The notes under the pieces are model-generated. The model saw only the letters and a list, made by a program, of their open reading frames with translations, was not told the DNA's origin and made no database searches. 64,000 bases of DNA, from contig CADCLU010000011.1 in NCBI GenBank assembly GCA_902802355.1, positions 313-64,312 of the forward strand. Reading direction: 5' to 3'. Every line of letters starts with the position of its first letter. Position 1 is the stretch's first letter. The position numbers were made by a program, and so were the translations under genes. This document shows positions 40,163-51,958 of this stretch, piece by piece. The DNA comes from an uncultured Erysipelotrichaceae bacterium (GTDB taxonomy: Bacteria; Bacillota_I; Bacilli_A; RFN20; CAG-826).

Positions 40163-41179
40163 CTACTCGAATTTTCTGAAGTCACTGATTTTCCAGTTTG
40201 GATCCACCCCAAGGGTAAGTGGGGCGAATAACTTCTCTTTGTATAACCTCTCAGCGACCTTGGCGATCATCGCGGCGTTGTCCGTGGTGCACCAAAGAGG
40301 TGGGATGATTAACTCAATGTCGGTGTTCTTTAGGCGAAGGCCCATCTGCTCACGGAGATAGCTGTTCGCGGAGACACCTCCAGCAAGAACAACCTGCTTG
40401 ACGTTATATTCCATTGCCGCGTTCACAGCCTTGTCGACGATCATTCCGATCGCGACATCCTGAAAGGATTTGGCCATATCATCGACCCTGATTTCTTCGC
40501 CCTTCATCTTGAGCTGATTCACAAGATTAATGACGCTGGTCTTGAGACCAGAATAGGAGAAATCGTATGAGCCTTCGTGGGCTAGTGGCTTAGGAAGGTT
40601 ATAGGTGTGTTTGCCAAGTTTCGAATGCTGGTCGATTGGGAGTCCGCCTGGATATGGGAAGCCAAGAACTCTTGCGACCTTGTCGTAGCACTCACCAACG
40701 GCATCGTCTTTGGTCTCGCCGATAATCTCGAAGTCGAGATGATCTTTCATGAGAACGAGTTCGGTGTTACCACCGCTGACGATGACGCAGAGCATTGGGA
40801 ACTTGAATTCGCCAGCGTATTCATTCGCGTAAACGTGTCCGCAAAGGTGATGGACTGGGATAAGTGGCTTGTTATACAAAGCAGCGATTGTCTTCGCAGC
40901 CTGTAAGCCAACATGGAGGCAACCGATAAGGCCTGGGCCCCTGGTTACGGCGATGGCATCCATGTCCTCAAACTTGAGGTTGGCTTGCTCTAGTGCCTCT
41001 TTGAGGCAAACGTCAATATTCTCGCAGTGAAGTCTCGAAGCAATCTCTGGCATGACTCCACCATATTTGGCATGAACGGCCACTTGGGAGGAGATGACGT
41101 TGCAAAGAAGCTTTCCGTCTTCGGTGATAGCGACTGCGGTCTCATCGCAGCTTGATTCGATAGCTAATATTCTCGTCAT
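40163..41179 (-). CDS. tsaD: tRNA N6-adenosine threonylcarbamoyltransferase TsaD
   Basis: MTRILAIESSCDETAVAI... The ATG at 41179 overlaps the rimI stop (ATGA). Confidence 0.93.
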   Translation of the reverse strand: MTRILAIESSCDETAVAITEDGKLLCNVISSQVAVHAKYGGVMPEIASRLHCENIDVCLKEALEQANLKFEDMDAIAVTRGPGLIGCLHVGLQAAKTIAALYNKPLIPVHHLCGHVYANEYAGEFKFPMLCVIVSGGNTELVLMKDHLDFEIIGETKDDAVGECYDKVARVLGFPYPGGLPIDQHSKLGKHTYNLPKPLAHEGSYDFSYSGLKTSVINLVNQLKMKGEEIRVDDMAKSFQDVAIGMIVDKAVNAAMEYNVKQVVLAGGVSANSYLREQMGLRLKNTDIELIIPPLWCTTDNAAMIAKVAERLYKEKLFAPLTLGVDPNWKISDFRKFE

Positions 41180-41628
41180 AAGATGCACCTCACCATGTAG
41201 ATGGCGTCCTCACCATCCGAGTAATAGAGTTTCTTCTTCGTGATGGTTTTGAAGCCGTTCTTCTCGTAGAGCTCGATAGCCGCAACATTGGATTCACGGA
41301 CTTCGAGGGTGATATTCTCAACTGGTTCTTCTTGTTTCTTGCAAACCTCGACCATCTTCTCGATTAAGGCTTTGGCGATGCCGTTCCTGCGGTATTCGCT
41401 GGCAACGCAGATTCTTGCGATCGAAGCGCTGTCGAAGGTGATGAAGAAGTCGATGTATCCCACCACTTCATCTTCGATGGTCGCGCTATAGAGGTTGGCG
41501 ATTGGGTTCTCTTTGCTCTCATAGACAACCTGCTCTAAAGGCCATGGATCATGAAAGCAAGCCGCCTCAAGCATGGCGATCGCTTGGAGTTCGCTTTCTT
41601 TGCTTTTGTGAATCTGAATCGGCTTCAT
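41176..41628 (-). CDS. rimI: Ribosomal-protein-alanine N-acetyltransferase (GNAT)
   Basis: 150 aa with GNAT motif A ..YRRNGIAKALIEKM.. It sits between tsaB and tsaD. Confidence 0.8.
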   Translation of the reverse strand: MKPIQIHKSKESELQAIAMLEAACFHDPWPLEQVVYESKENPIANLYSATIEDEVVGYIDFFITFDSASIARICVASEYRRNGIAKALIEKMVEVCKKQEEPVENITLEVRESNVAAIELYEKNGFKTITKKKLYYSDGEDAIYMVRCIL

Positions 41629-41629
41629 T

Positions 41630-42220
41630 CTAGTAGAGGTCCTTTAGGTAAACAGGCTTAGCGGCAATAACATCCTCGACAAGGTTTCTTTCGATGTCGC
41701 TCTTAGCGAGAATCTCAAGGTTCTTGGTTGGCTTTGCTTCAAGGCCAAGATAGGCAACATCACCGCAGACTTTGTATTCAGGATGCTCATTGATATATGA
41801 AAGCACCGCGGAATTGTCGGCGATTTTGTCTTCAAGGATGATGTTTTCTTTATCGTAAACACCGAAGTAAGACCTCTTGCTTCTGGCGTTCATTAAACAA
41901 ATTGATGGTTCGTTCTCATCCTTAAGAGCTTCAAGGCTTGAGACGAGATAGAGAGGTACGTTCAAAGCGAACGCGGAGACTTTGGCAACAGTCAAAGCGA
42001 TACGCACACCGGTATATGAGCCAGGTCCTTTGGCAGCGATGACTTTCTCAATATCGCTTCTGGTGAGGTTGTTTCTCTTGAGAAGGATATCAAGTTCGTT
42101 AACGAGGAACTCGGATTGTTTCTGCCATGCATCATAAACAACCTGGTCGATGACCTTGTGGTCTTTGGCCAAGCCGATTGAGAGGTTGGTGTTGCTGGTG
42201 TCTAAAAGCAAGGAAACCAT
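41630..42220 (-). CDS. tsaB: t6A biosynthesis protein TsaB
   Basis: 196 aa, ...DTSNTNLSIGL...GPGSYTGVRI... Confidence 0.85.
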   Translation of the reverse strand: MVSLLLDTSNTNLSIGLAKDHKVIDQVVYDAWQKQSEFLVNELDILLKRNNLTRSDIEKVIAAKGPGSYTGVRIALTVAKVSAFALNVPLYLVSSLEALKDENEPSICLMNARSKRSYFGVYDKENIILEDKIADNSAVLSYINEHPEYKVCGDVAYLGLEAKPTKNLEILAKSDIERNLVEDVIAAKPVYLKDLY

Positions 42221-42681
42221 TAGAATGCCTCCTTCACTGCTTCGACGATCTTATCTAGACGTGGGCAGTTGCTTTCCACGCTGATCTCACGGGCATCTCC
42301 GCCTTTGTGGCTAAGAGAGATGACGAGATATTCATCAGGCCAAAGAGGGGCGATGTATTGAGGCCACTCAATGAAGGTGACGCCATCGCCCTCGATGAAC
42401 TCCTCTAAGCCAAGTTCGATGTTCTGTCCTTCAAGGCGATACGCATCGATGTGATAGAGAGGAAGGGTTCCTTTGAAATAGCACTTCATGATGTTGAAGG
42501 TTGGGGAAATAACGTCCTCATTGACCTTAAGGGCTTCGGCCACGCCACCAACTAAAGTGGTCTTGCCAGCGCCTAAGTCACCTTTGAGCAAAACAACATC
42601 TGATGGAACGAAAAGAGGGGCGATGATTGCGCCTAACTTTCTTGTTTGTTCCTTTGAATTAGATGTAAAAGTGAATTTCAT
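42220..42681 (-). CDS. tsaE: t6A biosynthesis ATPase TsaE
   Basis: 153 aa, with the ..LKGDLGAGKTTLV.. P-loop and ..HIDAYRL.. Confidence 0.88.
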   Translation of the reverse strand: MKFTFTSNSKEQTRKLGAIIAPLFVPSDVVLLKGDLGAGKTTLVGGVAEALKVNEDVISPTFNIMKCYFKGTLPLYHIDAYRLEGQNIELGLEEFIEGDGVTFIEWPQYIAPLWPDEYLVISLSHKGGDAREISVESNCPRLDKIVEAVKEAF

Positions 42682-42750
42682 GCCCGATACCTCAGAGCGA
42701 AAAAATTATATGCTCTTTTTTGGCGTTTTAAAGAAGAAGGCAAATAGTAA

Positions 42751-43308
42751 CTATTTGTTCTTCGGTTGATACGACTCGACGAACGGTCCGGTTTGGTCGA
42801 GGAACTTCTGGTAGATCCTCTTTATGTCCGAGTCGATGAATGGGAATTTCTTGCCCTCCATCAAAGAGTGGATGTCTTTGGCGGCTTTCTTGATGACAGA
42901 TTTGAGGTCATCGCTATAGCCATAGAGGACAGCGTGGTGCTCGAACTCTTGCTCATCAAGAACCTTGATGGCTTTGTCAGGGAAAAGTTTGAGATCAAGA
43001 TCGTAGTCGATATAACGGAGGAATCCTTGGTCCATGATGGTTGGGCTGGCGATGTTCGCATAGTAGCAATATCCATTAGCCTTCCTCATAGCGATGACAT
43101 TGGTCCACTTCTTCTTGAAGAGAATGAAAACGGCGTGCTCATTGGTCATCCAACGGCGGCCGTCACTTTCAGTGACCAAAGAAGATTTTGAGCAAAGGGC
43201 CCAATAATCTTCCGTTTCCTCAGCTAAATAAGCCGGGCTCCATTGACGGTGGAGTTGTCCGTTATGTTTATATGCTTGGACGTTAATCCAACGTAAAAAA
43301 CGATTCAT
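42751..43308 (-). CDS. DUF402 family protein (nucleoside tri/diphosphatase-like, YgaC/Ntdp type)
   Basis: 185 aa, ...QAYKHNGQLHRQW...YYANIASP...YIDYDLDLKLFPD... Confidence 0.7.
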   Translation of the reverse strand: MNRFLRWINVQAYKHNGQLHRQWSPAYLAEETEDYWALCSKSSLVTESDGRRWMTNEHAVFILFKKKWTNVIAMRKANGYCYYANIASPTIMDQGFLRYIDYDLDLKLFPDKAIKVLDEQEFEHHAVLYGYSDDLKSVIKKAAKDIHSLMEGKKFPFIDSDIKRIYQKFLDQTGPFVESYQPKNK

Positions 43309-43399
43309 ACGATAACTACCAGTAATTCAAGCTGCTTGCTTAGCAAGCCTTCTTTATTATTGTGAACTTCCTAAGGAAGGAGCGCAATGTGGAAGTAAA

Positions 43400-43428
43400 A
43401 AGAAAAGCCCCCAACGTGTGTTGGGGAC
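43400..43428 (-). terminator. Intrinsic terminator of the pit-DUF47 operon
   Basis: CCCCAAC-N4-GTTGGGG followed by a T-run on the minus strand. Confidence 0.7.
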
Positions 43429-43443
43429 TTATTGCTAACTAAC

Positions 43444-44073
43444 TTAGATGTTCTTGTAGATGATTGTCTGGACGAAACGGCAGACCTCACGGCACTTGTC
43501 GGACATCTCCTCAAGCATCGTATAGAAGGCTTCGTATTTGTAGATGGTTAAGGCATCAAGATCGGTGCGACGATATAAGGCGGATACATCGCTGATGTAT
43601 TCGGTATCGCTCTCTTCCTCTAAGCGGATAACGGCCTTGAGGGCAGGGAAGATGATTTCCTTGTTGAGGAAGTGAGGGAAATGTCTGAGAGCTTCTTCAG
43701 TGACCCTAAGTGACTTAAGGGTGAGTTCCATGAATTCGATGGCATCAGGTGGAAGTTCTTTGAAGTCGTATAGATAGAGCTTAAGTGATAACTCTTCAAC
43801 CGCGTCGGTAATGTCATCGATCATGGTAAGAAGGGAAAGGATGTCTTCTCTATCAATTGGGGTGATGAATTCCTCCATGAGCTTTTCGGTGGTAGCATGC
43901 TTTTTCTTATCGGCAGCATGCTCAATCTCATGGACGGAAGACTTGATGTCCCAAAGCTTCTCGTGATCGAAGTTCTTCATGAATTCGAGAATGTGCTCAC
44001 CGCATTCAACTGAGAAGTGAGCGAGCTCTGGGAATGAGTCGAAGTAGTAATTGGATTGAACTTTTTTGCCCAT
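43444..44073 (-). CDS. DUF47 (PhoU-like) protein associated with phosphate transporter
   Basis: 209 aa, helical, ...IEHAADKKKH...ITPIDREDI... It is adjacent to the PiT gene. Confidence 0.75.
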   Translation of the reverse strand: MGKKVQSNYYFDSFPELAHFSVECGEHILEFMKNFDHEKLWDIKSSVHEIEHAADKKKHATTEKLMEEFITPIDREDILSLLTMIDDITDAVEELSLKLYLYDFKELPPDAIEFMELTLKSLRVTEEALRHFPHFLNKEIIFPALKAVIRLEEESDTEYISDVSALYRRTDLDALTIYKYEAFYTMLEEMSDKCREVCRFVQTIIYKNI

Positions 44074-44088
44074 TTTGAAACTCCTTTA

Positions 44089-45201
44089 TTACTTGAAGAT
44101 GGCCGCAAAGAGAGCGGTCAAACCAAATCCGATGATGGCCGTGCCAGGGAAGATAGCGATCCATGAAAGAACCATTTGGCCGGCTTTACCCCACCTTACT
44201 CGGCGAGGATTGCGTTGGGCTCCAACACCCAAAATAGCGGTCGCCTTGATGGTACCGCTAGAGATAGGAAGGCCAAATACTGTGGCGACGATTAAACCAA
44301 CGCCGGCTGCAATATCCGTGGCAAATCCCTGATATTTGTGAAGTTTGGCCATTCCGGAACCCATCGTTTTGATAATGGATTTTCCACCCATGAGGGTGCC
44401 GCCAAAGATGACAACGGCAACCGGAAGGACGATCCACCACATACCTTGCATGGCGTTGAAATCGGCTGGAACATAATTCGCTCCACCAACCTTAAGCATG
44501 ACAGCAATGACCATGAAGACACCAAGGAACTTGGCGCCGTCTTGAAGGCCGTGGGCTAAAGACATAAGAGCGCTAGCAACGACCTGGCCTCTCTTGAAGA
44601 AACGGCTGGTCGCGCCACGGGTAAGCTTTCTGCAGATAAGGACGATAAGCCAAACGATTCCGTAACCGAGGATGAATCCGACAAGGATGGAACCGAAGAA
44701 GCCAATCAAGACCTTGATCCAGCTGTTAAGCGAAACGGAAGCGAACCAATTGGTTGATCCAGAGATAGCAGCAAGGCCGATAGCGGAACCTGTTAAGCCA
44801 CCCACCAAAGCGTTGCTTTGTGAGGACGGGAAGCCAAAGTAAGTGCAGATAAGGGAAAGGATGACGTTGGCAAGGAGGCCGAACGCAATCGCGATGAACA
44901 TTTGATTGAGCGTGATGCCGCCCAAAGTGTTGAACTGAACGATGCCTGCGACCGTTGAGGAAACATCTCCCAAAGGGAGAATAGAGGCTAAGAAACCTGC
45001 GGCCAATGTGCCAAGGAGGTTGCCTAAAGCGGCCATGAGAATGGCCCATTTTGGTTTCATGCAACGTGTGGTGACACAGGTGGCGATGCAATTAGGAACG
45101 TCAGTCCAACCATTCATGAAAACCACGCCGAGATCGAAAATGATCGCTACGTAGGCCCAAGGGTATTGGTTGCAAAGTGCGAAGAATTGACCAACTTCCA
45201 T
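44089..45201 (-). CDS. Inorganic phosphate transporter, PiT (PHO4) family
   Basis: 370 aa, about 10 TM segments, with duplicated N/C signature regions (..NGWTDVPNCIAT.., ..HGLQDGAKF..). Confidence 0.8.
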   Translation of the reverse strand: MEVGQFFALCNQYPWAYVAIIFDLGVVFMNGWTDVPNCIATCVTTRCMKPKWAILMAALGNLLGTLAAGFLASILPLGDVSSTVAGIVQFNTLGGITLNQMFIAIAFGLLANVILSLICTYFGFPSSQSNALVGGLTGSAIGLAAISGSTNWFASVSLNSWIKVLIGFFGSILVGFILGYGIVWLIVLICRKLTRGATSRFFKRGQVVASALMSLAHGLQDGAKFLGVFMVIAVMLKVGGANYVPADFNAMQGMWWIVLPVAVVIFGGTLMGGKSIIKTMGSGMAKLHKYQGFATDIAAGVGLIVATVFGLPISSGTIKATAILGVGAQRNPRRVRWGKAGQMVLSWIAIFPGTAIIGFGLTALFAAIFK

Positions 45202-45224
45202 ACTTTAAGAATAGCAAATGAAGG

Positions 45225-46316
45225 CTACTTCATTAAGTCGATGAGCTTGAGAACCTTCTTCAAATCGCCAGCGTACTGGACGGTTGGTTTTGGATCGAAT
45301 GGCTTCTCAAGAGCGATGACCATTAAGTCATCTTCATAGCCCATGGCGAAGTAAGTTGTTCCTTCACGGATGGCAATAGCCATATCAACGAAAGTCTTAT
45401 TGGTCTTGAACTCATTCAAGGCTTCTCTCACTTTTGGAGTGATGACTTTCTCGGTGCCTTTGTCACCATAGATGACGATGTTTTTGGAGTCAGAGAAAAC
45501 CTTTCTCTCAGCCAAGTTGGTTGGAGGGAGGGCTCTCTTGTTGCCTTTGAAGTAGACGAGGATATCGGATCCTTTGTAGTTGTTCGTGGTGTAGAGATAT
45601 TTGCCAACGAAAACGGTGCGAAGGGTCTTTCCAAGAACAACCTGGGCAGCGGCATCGCAGACCTTAATGGTCTTTTCGTGGTAATCGAAAGTGTAGGTAG
45701 CACGGCTACCGACTTTGCCGACGTCTTTGTAGAGGTCGCAGTTCTTGAGTTCCTCTTCGTCGATCTTGTTGTCGATGCTTCCCTGGAGGTTTTCGATATC
45801 CTCTGGGAAACAATAGGCGTTCACGTGCTCGTAGTACTCACGGAAGTAGCGGTTCATCGCACTCTGGACGTTTCTTCTCCAGAAGAAGTTGAAAACGAGG
45901 AGACCAACGAGGCCGACACCGCAAGCGATGAGGGCGATTAACATTGAGTTCTCCCTGAGAGCTTCGATAGCGTTTGGAATGAGCCAACCGCAGACAATTA
46001 AAAGAATGCAAACACCAGAGACAATCCACTTAACGATGTTCGACTTGTGGTAGACCTTGTAGAACTCCTGACGGGCAAGCTCGACTTGGCCGAGATTCTC
46101 GTCTGGATATTCGATTGTGATCTTTCCTTTTTTGCCTGGGGCTGAAGTTGGGGCCGGAGCCTCTTCTTCCTCAGGTTCTTCAGAATGAAGATCAATTGTC
46201 TCTTCTGGTTCTTTCTCCTCGACTGGAGCAGGCGCTGGTTCAGCAGTTTTTATTTCGTCAGCGAAGTCGCTTTCTTCTTCGACTTCGTCAATTTTCTTTT
46301 CTTCAATATCGGTCAT
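45225..46316 (-). CDS. Hypothetical membrane protein (acidic N-terminus, 2 TM, about 220-aa C-terminal globular domain)
   Basis: 363 aa. No family recognised by eye. Confidence 0.6.
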   Translation of the reverse strand: MTDIEEKKIDEVEEESDFADEIKTAEPAPAPVEEKEPEETIDLHSEEPEEEEAPAPTSAPGKKGKITIEYPDENLGQVELARQEFYKVYHKSNIVKWIVSGVCILLIVCGWLIPNAIEALRENSMLIALIACGVGLVGLLVFNFFWRRNVQSAMNRYFREYYEHVNAYCFPEDIENLQGSIDNKIDEEELKNCDLYKDVGKVGSRATYTFDYHEKTIKVCDAAAQVVLGKTLRTVFVGKYLYTTNNYKGSDILVYFKGNKRALPPTNLAERKVFSDSKNIVIYGDKGTEKVITPKVREALNEFKTNKTFVDMAIAIREGTTYFAMGYEDDLMVIALEKPFDPKPTVQYAGDLKKVLKLIDLMK

Positions 46317-46379
46317 AAATAATGCCTTTCGTCTAGGGCACTATAACACAATATCGAACAAATTAATAAATTAATTTCT

Positions 46380-47384
46380 CTACTTTACAACCGGGAGAAG
46401 TCTATTGATGCGAAGGAACGGGCCATATAAAGCCATGAGGATGACGGCGCAAAGAAGGGCGCTTGGTCCAACGTAGGCGATGTTGTAAATGACGGCTCCC
46501 CAGAAATCTTTTTGCATGCCATAGAAGAGCATAGAGCTAGCGGTAGCACCAACCATTCTGACGACAGACGCTGCGAGGATGCCAACAAAAATAAATAATT
46601 CACCTTGGACGTTGTAGGTCTTTTGTTCATTGCCCATGATAAGGGGCTTAAAGAAACCAAGGAGACCAGCAGAACCAAGGCCGATGAGATAGTCGAACGG
46701 GAATGTGACGAAAGGATAACCATCGGCAAAGATGGTGGTAAGTCCAAGGACAATACCGCCAGAGATGATGCCATGGAATGGGCCATGTCTCAAAGCGATG
46801 ATGTAAATAGGTAAAAGTTGAAGGTTGATGGAACCACCAGTCTCACCGATTCCAACTTTAAGAAAGTTCAAAGCAAAAGCAGCGGCGACAAGGATAGCGT
46901 CTTCAGTGATTTCATGAACGGTAACCGGCATCTTGGAGGAAGCGTAGATGAAGCTGAATAAAGAGGCGGCTAAAGCAAAGGCAAAGGTCAAAGCAAGACC
47001 AATTTCCATGGTGCCGCTTTTGCCACCCATGCTGTTCGCATACATCATAGGAGTTAAGATGAAAGCAACGGCAGCAAGGAACTGGCAGGCCGATGCGGCA
47101 GTAGAAATGGCGTTACCTTTTTTCTCAAAAACAAAAGCGGAAATAAGGAGAGGAACGCTAGCGATAAGAAGAGCGTAGCCAATCACAAACATGAACTGGA
47201 ATTGGCCAGCGCCAAATAAGTCCCAAATATACAAATATGATTTGTTGCCGTCAGCATCTTTGAACTTGACTAAGGTCAGGAACAAGAAGCCAAAAGCAAG
47301 AACAGAAAGGGCAATTGAGACGAGATTTGCCCAGGATTTTGCGGTTTTTTTACCGCTTTGAACATTGATTTGTTCGTTTTCCAT
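46380..47384 (-). CDS. ThiT-like ECF S-component fused to an extra N-terminal about 4-TM domain
   Basis: The C-terminal half of about 180 aa shows an S-component/ThiT-like pattern (..LPIYIIALRHGPFHGIISGGIVLGL.., ..FDYLIGLGSAGLLGFF.., ..IYNIAYVGP..). It is directly preceded by a TPP riboswitch. Confidence 0.7.
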   Translation of the reverse strand: MENEQINVQSGKKTAKSWANLVSIALSVLAFGFLFLTLVKFKDADGNKSYLYIWDLFGAGQFQFMFVIGYALLIASVPLLISAFVFEKKGNAISTAASACQFLAAVAFILTPMMYANSMGGKSGTMEIGLALTFAFALAASLFSFIYASSKMPVTVHEITEDAILVAAAFALNFLKVGIGETGGSINLQLLPIYIIALRHGPFHGIISGGIVLGLTTIFADGYPFVTFPFDYLIGLGSAGLLGFFKPLIMGNEQKTYNVQGELFIFVGILAASVVRMVGATASSMLFYGMQKDFWGAVIYNIAYVGPSALLCAVILMALYGPFLRINRLLPVVK

Positions 47385-47393
47385 AAAAAAATA

Positions 47394-47515
47394 CCTCCGT
47401 ACCTGAATACGAAGGAATGAATAAACGCATTACCTCCGCCAGCATTACCTGGATCAGGTTCCGTCGAGTCGAAGAAGACTCCTCTCAGCCAACTTACTGG
47501 TGGCTCCGGTCTCGA
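47394..47515 (-). promoter_or_regulatory. TPP (THI-box) riboswitch with candidate SD-sequestering hairpin
   Basis: The minus strand reads ...GGAGCCACC..GGCUGAGAGG...CGACGGAACCUGAUCCAGGUAAUGCUGGCGGAGG..., matching the conserved CUGAGA and ACCUGAUCUGGAUAAUGCCAGCG cores. The hairpin CCUUCGUA-uucagg-UACGGAGG (47394-47415) includes the SD. Confidence 0.88.
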
Positions 47516-47525
47516 ATAGTTTATC

Positions 47526-49715
<2,190 letters not shown>

Positions 49716-49733
49716 GTTCTCTTGAAACTCTAA

Positions 49734-49761
49734 GGAGCCGCCTCAAGACGGCTCCTTTTTT
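49734..49761 (+). terminator. Intrinsic terminator of eno
   Basis: GGAGCCG-N8-CGGCTCC followed by T6. Confidence 0.8.
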
Positions 49762-49787
49762 GATATAATCCTTATGAGGTAATAACC

Positions 49788-50333
49788 ATGATCAAAGGAT
49801 TAATGCTTTTAGCGGACGGCTTTGAGGAAACCGAAGCCATTTCTACGCACGACATACTTACAAGGACACACGAGATCGAAGTCACCTATGTCTCAATTTC
49901 TGATTCCTTATTCGTTAAGAGTTCAATGGGACTCAAGGTTGAGGCTTTAGGTCTCTTGAAGGACGTTAAAGCGGAAGACTATGACTTCATCGTCCTCCCT
50001 GGTGGCAAGGTTGGTGTCGATAACATCAAGAACTCCCCTGCTGCTATTGAGATGATTAAGAGATTCCACGACTTAGGAAAGAAGTATTACGCGATCTGCG
50101 CAGCTCCTTCGATCCTTGGAGAGCTCGGTTATCTAGATGGAAAGAATTACGTCTGCTTCCCAGGCTTCGAAAAAGGAAAAGGTACTTGGACGGACAAAGG
50201 CTCTGTCATTGATGGAGACCTTGTCACAGGTCGGTCAATGAATTACACGATTGAGTTCGCCTCAAATATCGTAAGAGTCCTCCTAGGTGAGGAAGCGCTC
50301 AAACGAATTGAGCACGGAACAAAAGGCATCTAA
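49788..50333 (+). CDS. DJ-1/PfpI/ThiJ family protein
   Basis: 181 aa with ..DFIVLPGG.. and the nucleophile elbow ..AICAAP.. Confidence 0.85.
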   Translation: MIKGLMLLADGFEETEAISTHDILTRTHEIEVTYVSISDSLFVKSSMGLKVEALGLLKDVKAEDYDFIVLPGGKVGVDNIKNSPAAIEMIKRFHDLGKKYYAICAAPSILGELGYLDGKNYVCFPGFEKGKGTWTDKGSVIDGDLVTGRSMNYTIEFASNIVRVLLGEEALKRIEHGTKGI

Positions 50334-50336
50334 AAG

Positions 50337-50367
50337 AAAAAGCCCCGCGATTTGCGAGGGCTTTTTT
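50337..50367. terminator. Bidirectional intrinsic terminator (copy 2 of near-identical pair, see 7329-7358)
   Basis: AAAAA-GCCCCGCGATTTGCGAGGGC-TTTTTT, between convergent genes. Confidence 0.8.
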
Positions 50368-50379
50368 GTTTTTTCTCTC

Positions 50380-51864
50380 TTATTTTGTGTAGAGACGGTG
50401 GGCTCTGCTGACGGCCTCTTCAGTGACATCGATGCCAAGCTTCTTGAATGTGTTGGCGTCAGTTTCCTGAAGGATGACGGAACTATGGACCTGGCAGCCT
50501 TTTAATTTCGGAAGCTGTTTGAGGGCGATGTTCGCAAGAGGGTTGCTGTTGGCCTGAATGGCAAGAGCGATGAGAACCTCTTCGGCGTGGAGCCTTGGGT
50601 TGTGGTTGTTAAGCGAATTGACTTTGAGGTCTTGGATTGGCTTGATGACCTCTGGGGAGATAAGAGGAATCTTATCGTCGATTTTAGCGAGGGTCTTAAG
50701 GGCGTTGAGAAGGACGGCGGCAGAAGAACCGAATAATGGGGATCTCTTGCCACAGACGATCTTCTTGTTTGGAAGCTCAAGAGCGCAGCATGGAACACCG
50801 GTGATTTCCTCTTTCTTAAGGCAAGCGGCAACGACCTTGCGGTCGGCGGTGCTGATGCCAAGAGTGTTCATGAGCATCTCTTCTTTGATGACGGCTTCAT
50901 CTTTGAACTTGCCTAAGAAGTTGTTCTTCTTGGCCTGGTAATATCTACGGATGATTTCGGCTTTAGAAGCTTCAATGGCGGCTTCTTCGTTCTTGATGGC
51001 GAAGCCAATCATGTTGACACCCATGTCGGTTGGGGAATTGTATGGGCTCTTGCCATAGATCTTCTCGAAGATGGCTTTGAGAAGAGGGAATGTCTCAACA
51101 TCACGGTTGTAGTTAACGGCTTGCTTGCCATAGGCCTCAAGGTGGTATGGGTCGATCATGTTGACGTCCTCAAGGTCGGCGGTAGCGGCCTCATAAGCGA
51201 GGTTGACCGGGTGCTTGAGAGGGAGATTCCAGACTGGGAAGCTTTCGTATTTGGCATAGCCAGCACGGATTCCGCGTTTGTTGTCGTGATAGAGCTGAGA
51301 GAGACAGGTCGCCATCTTTCCGCTTCCTGGACCTGGAGCGGTCACGACAACGATTGGTCTAGTGGTTTCAATGTATTCGTTTCTTCCAAGGCCTTCTTCG
51401 GATACGACGAGTGGGATATTGCTTGGATATCCGGCGATCTCGTAGTGTTTGTAGACCTTGATTCCGTTGTTGGTGAGCTTAGTGATGAAAGCGTCAACAA
51501 GAGGAAGAGGCTGATAGAAAGAGAAGACGACGCTACTAACGTAGAGCTCGACTTCCTTATATGCATCAATAAGTCTTTCGACTTCGGCTTGATAGGTGAT
51601 TCCAAGGTCGTTTCTGACTTTGTTGGTATTGATATCGTTGGAGTTGACGACGATGACGACTTCAACCTTGTCCTTCATGCCTAAGAGCATGTGGAGCTTG
51701 GTATCTGGCTTAAAACCTGGGAGGACTCTGCTGGCGTGGTAGTCGTCGAAGAGCTTACCGCCGAACTCGAGGTAGAGCTTGTCACCAAAGGAGGCAATTC
51801 TCTTTTGGATGTTCTCTCTTTGAACTTTTAAATACTTGTCACAATCGAACGCTATCTTGGCCAT
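50380..51864 (-). CDS. DUF1846 (UPF0371) family protein
   Basis: 494 aa. The N-terminus FDCDKYLKVQRENIQKRI...LYLEFGGKLFDDYHASRVLPGF is typical of the family. Confidence 0.8.
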   Translation of the reverse strand: MAKIAFDCDKYLKVQRENIQKRIASFGDKLYLEFGGKLFDDYHASRVLPGFKPDTKLHMLLGMKDKVEVVIVVNSNDINTNKVRNDLGITYQAEVERLIDAYKEVELYVSSVVFSFYQPLPLVDAFITKLTNNGIKVYKHYEIAGYPSNIPLVVSEEGLGRNEYIETTRPIVVVTAPGPGSGKMATCLSQLYHDNKRGIRAGYAKYESFPVWNLPLKHPVNLAYEAATADLEDVNMIDPYHLEAYGKQAVNYNRDVETFPLLKAIFEKIYGKSPYNSPTDMGVNMIGFAIKNEEAAIEASKAEIIRRYYQAKKNNFLGKFKDEAVIKEEMLMNTLGISTADRKVVAACLKKEEITGVPCCALELPNKKIVCGKRSPLFGSSAAVLLNALKTLAKIDDKIPLISPEVIKPIQDLKVNSLNNHNPRLHAEEVLIALAIQANSNPLANIALKQLPKLKGCQVHSSVILQETDANTFKKLGIDVTEEAVSRAHRLYTK

Positions 51865-51958
51865 ATGTTTTCGTCCCTCAGATTACTAGATAAATATACT
51901 ATTCATATATATGAATGGTAAACGAAAATCGTATGGCAAAGACAATAATTGTTTATGG

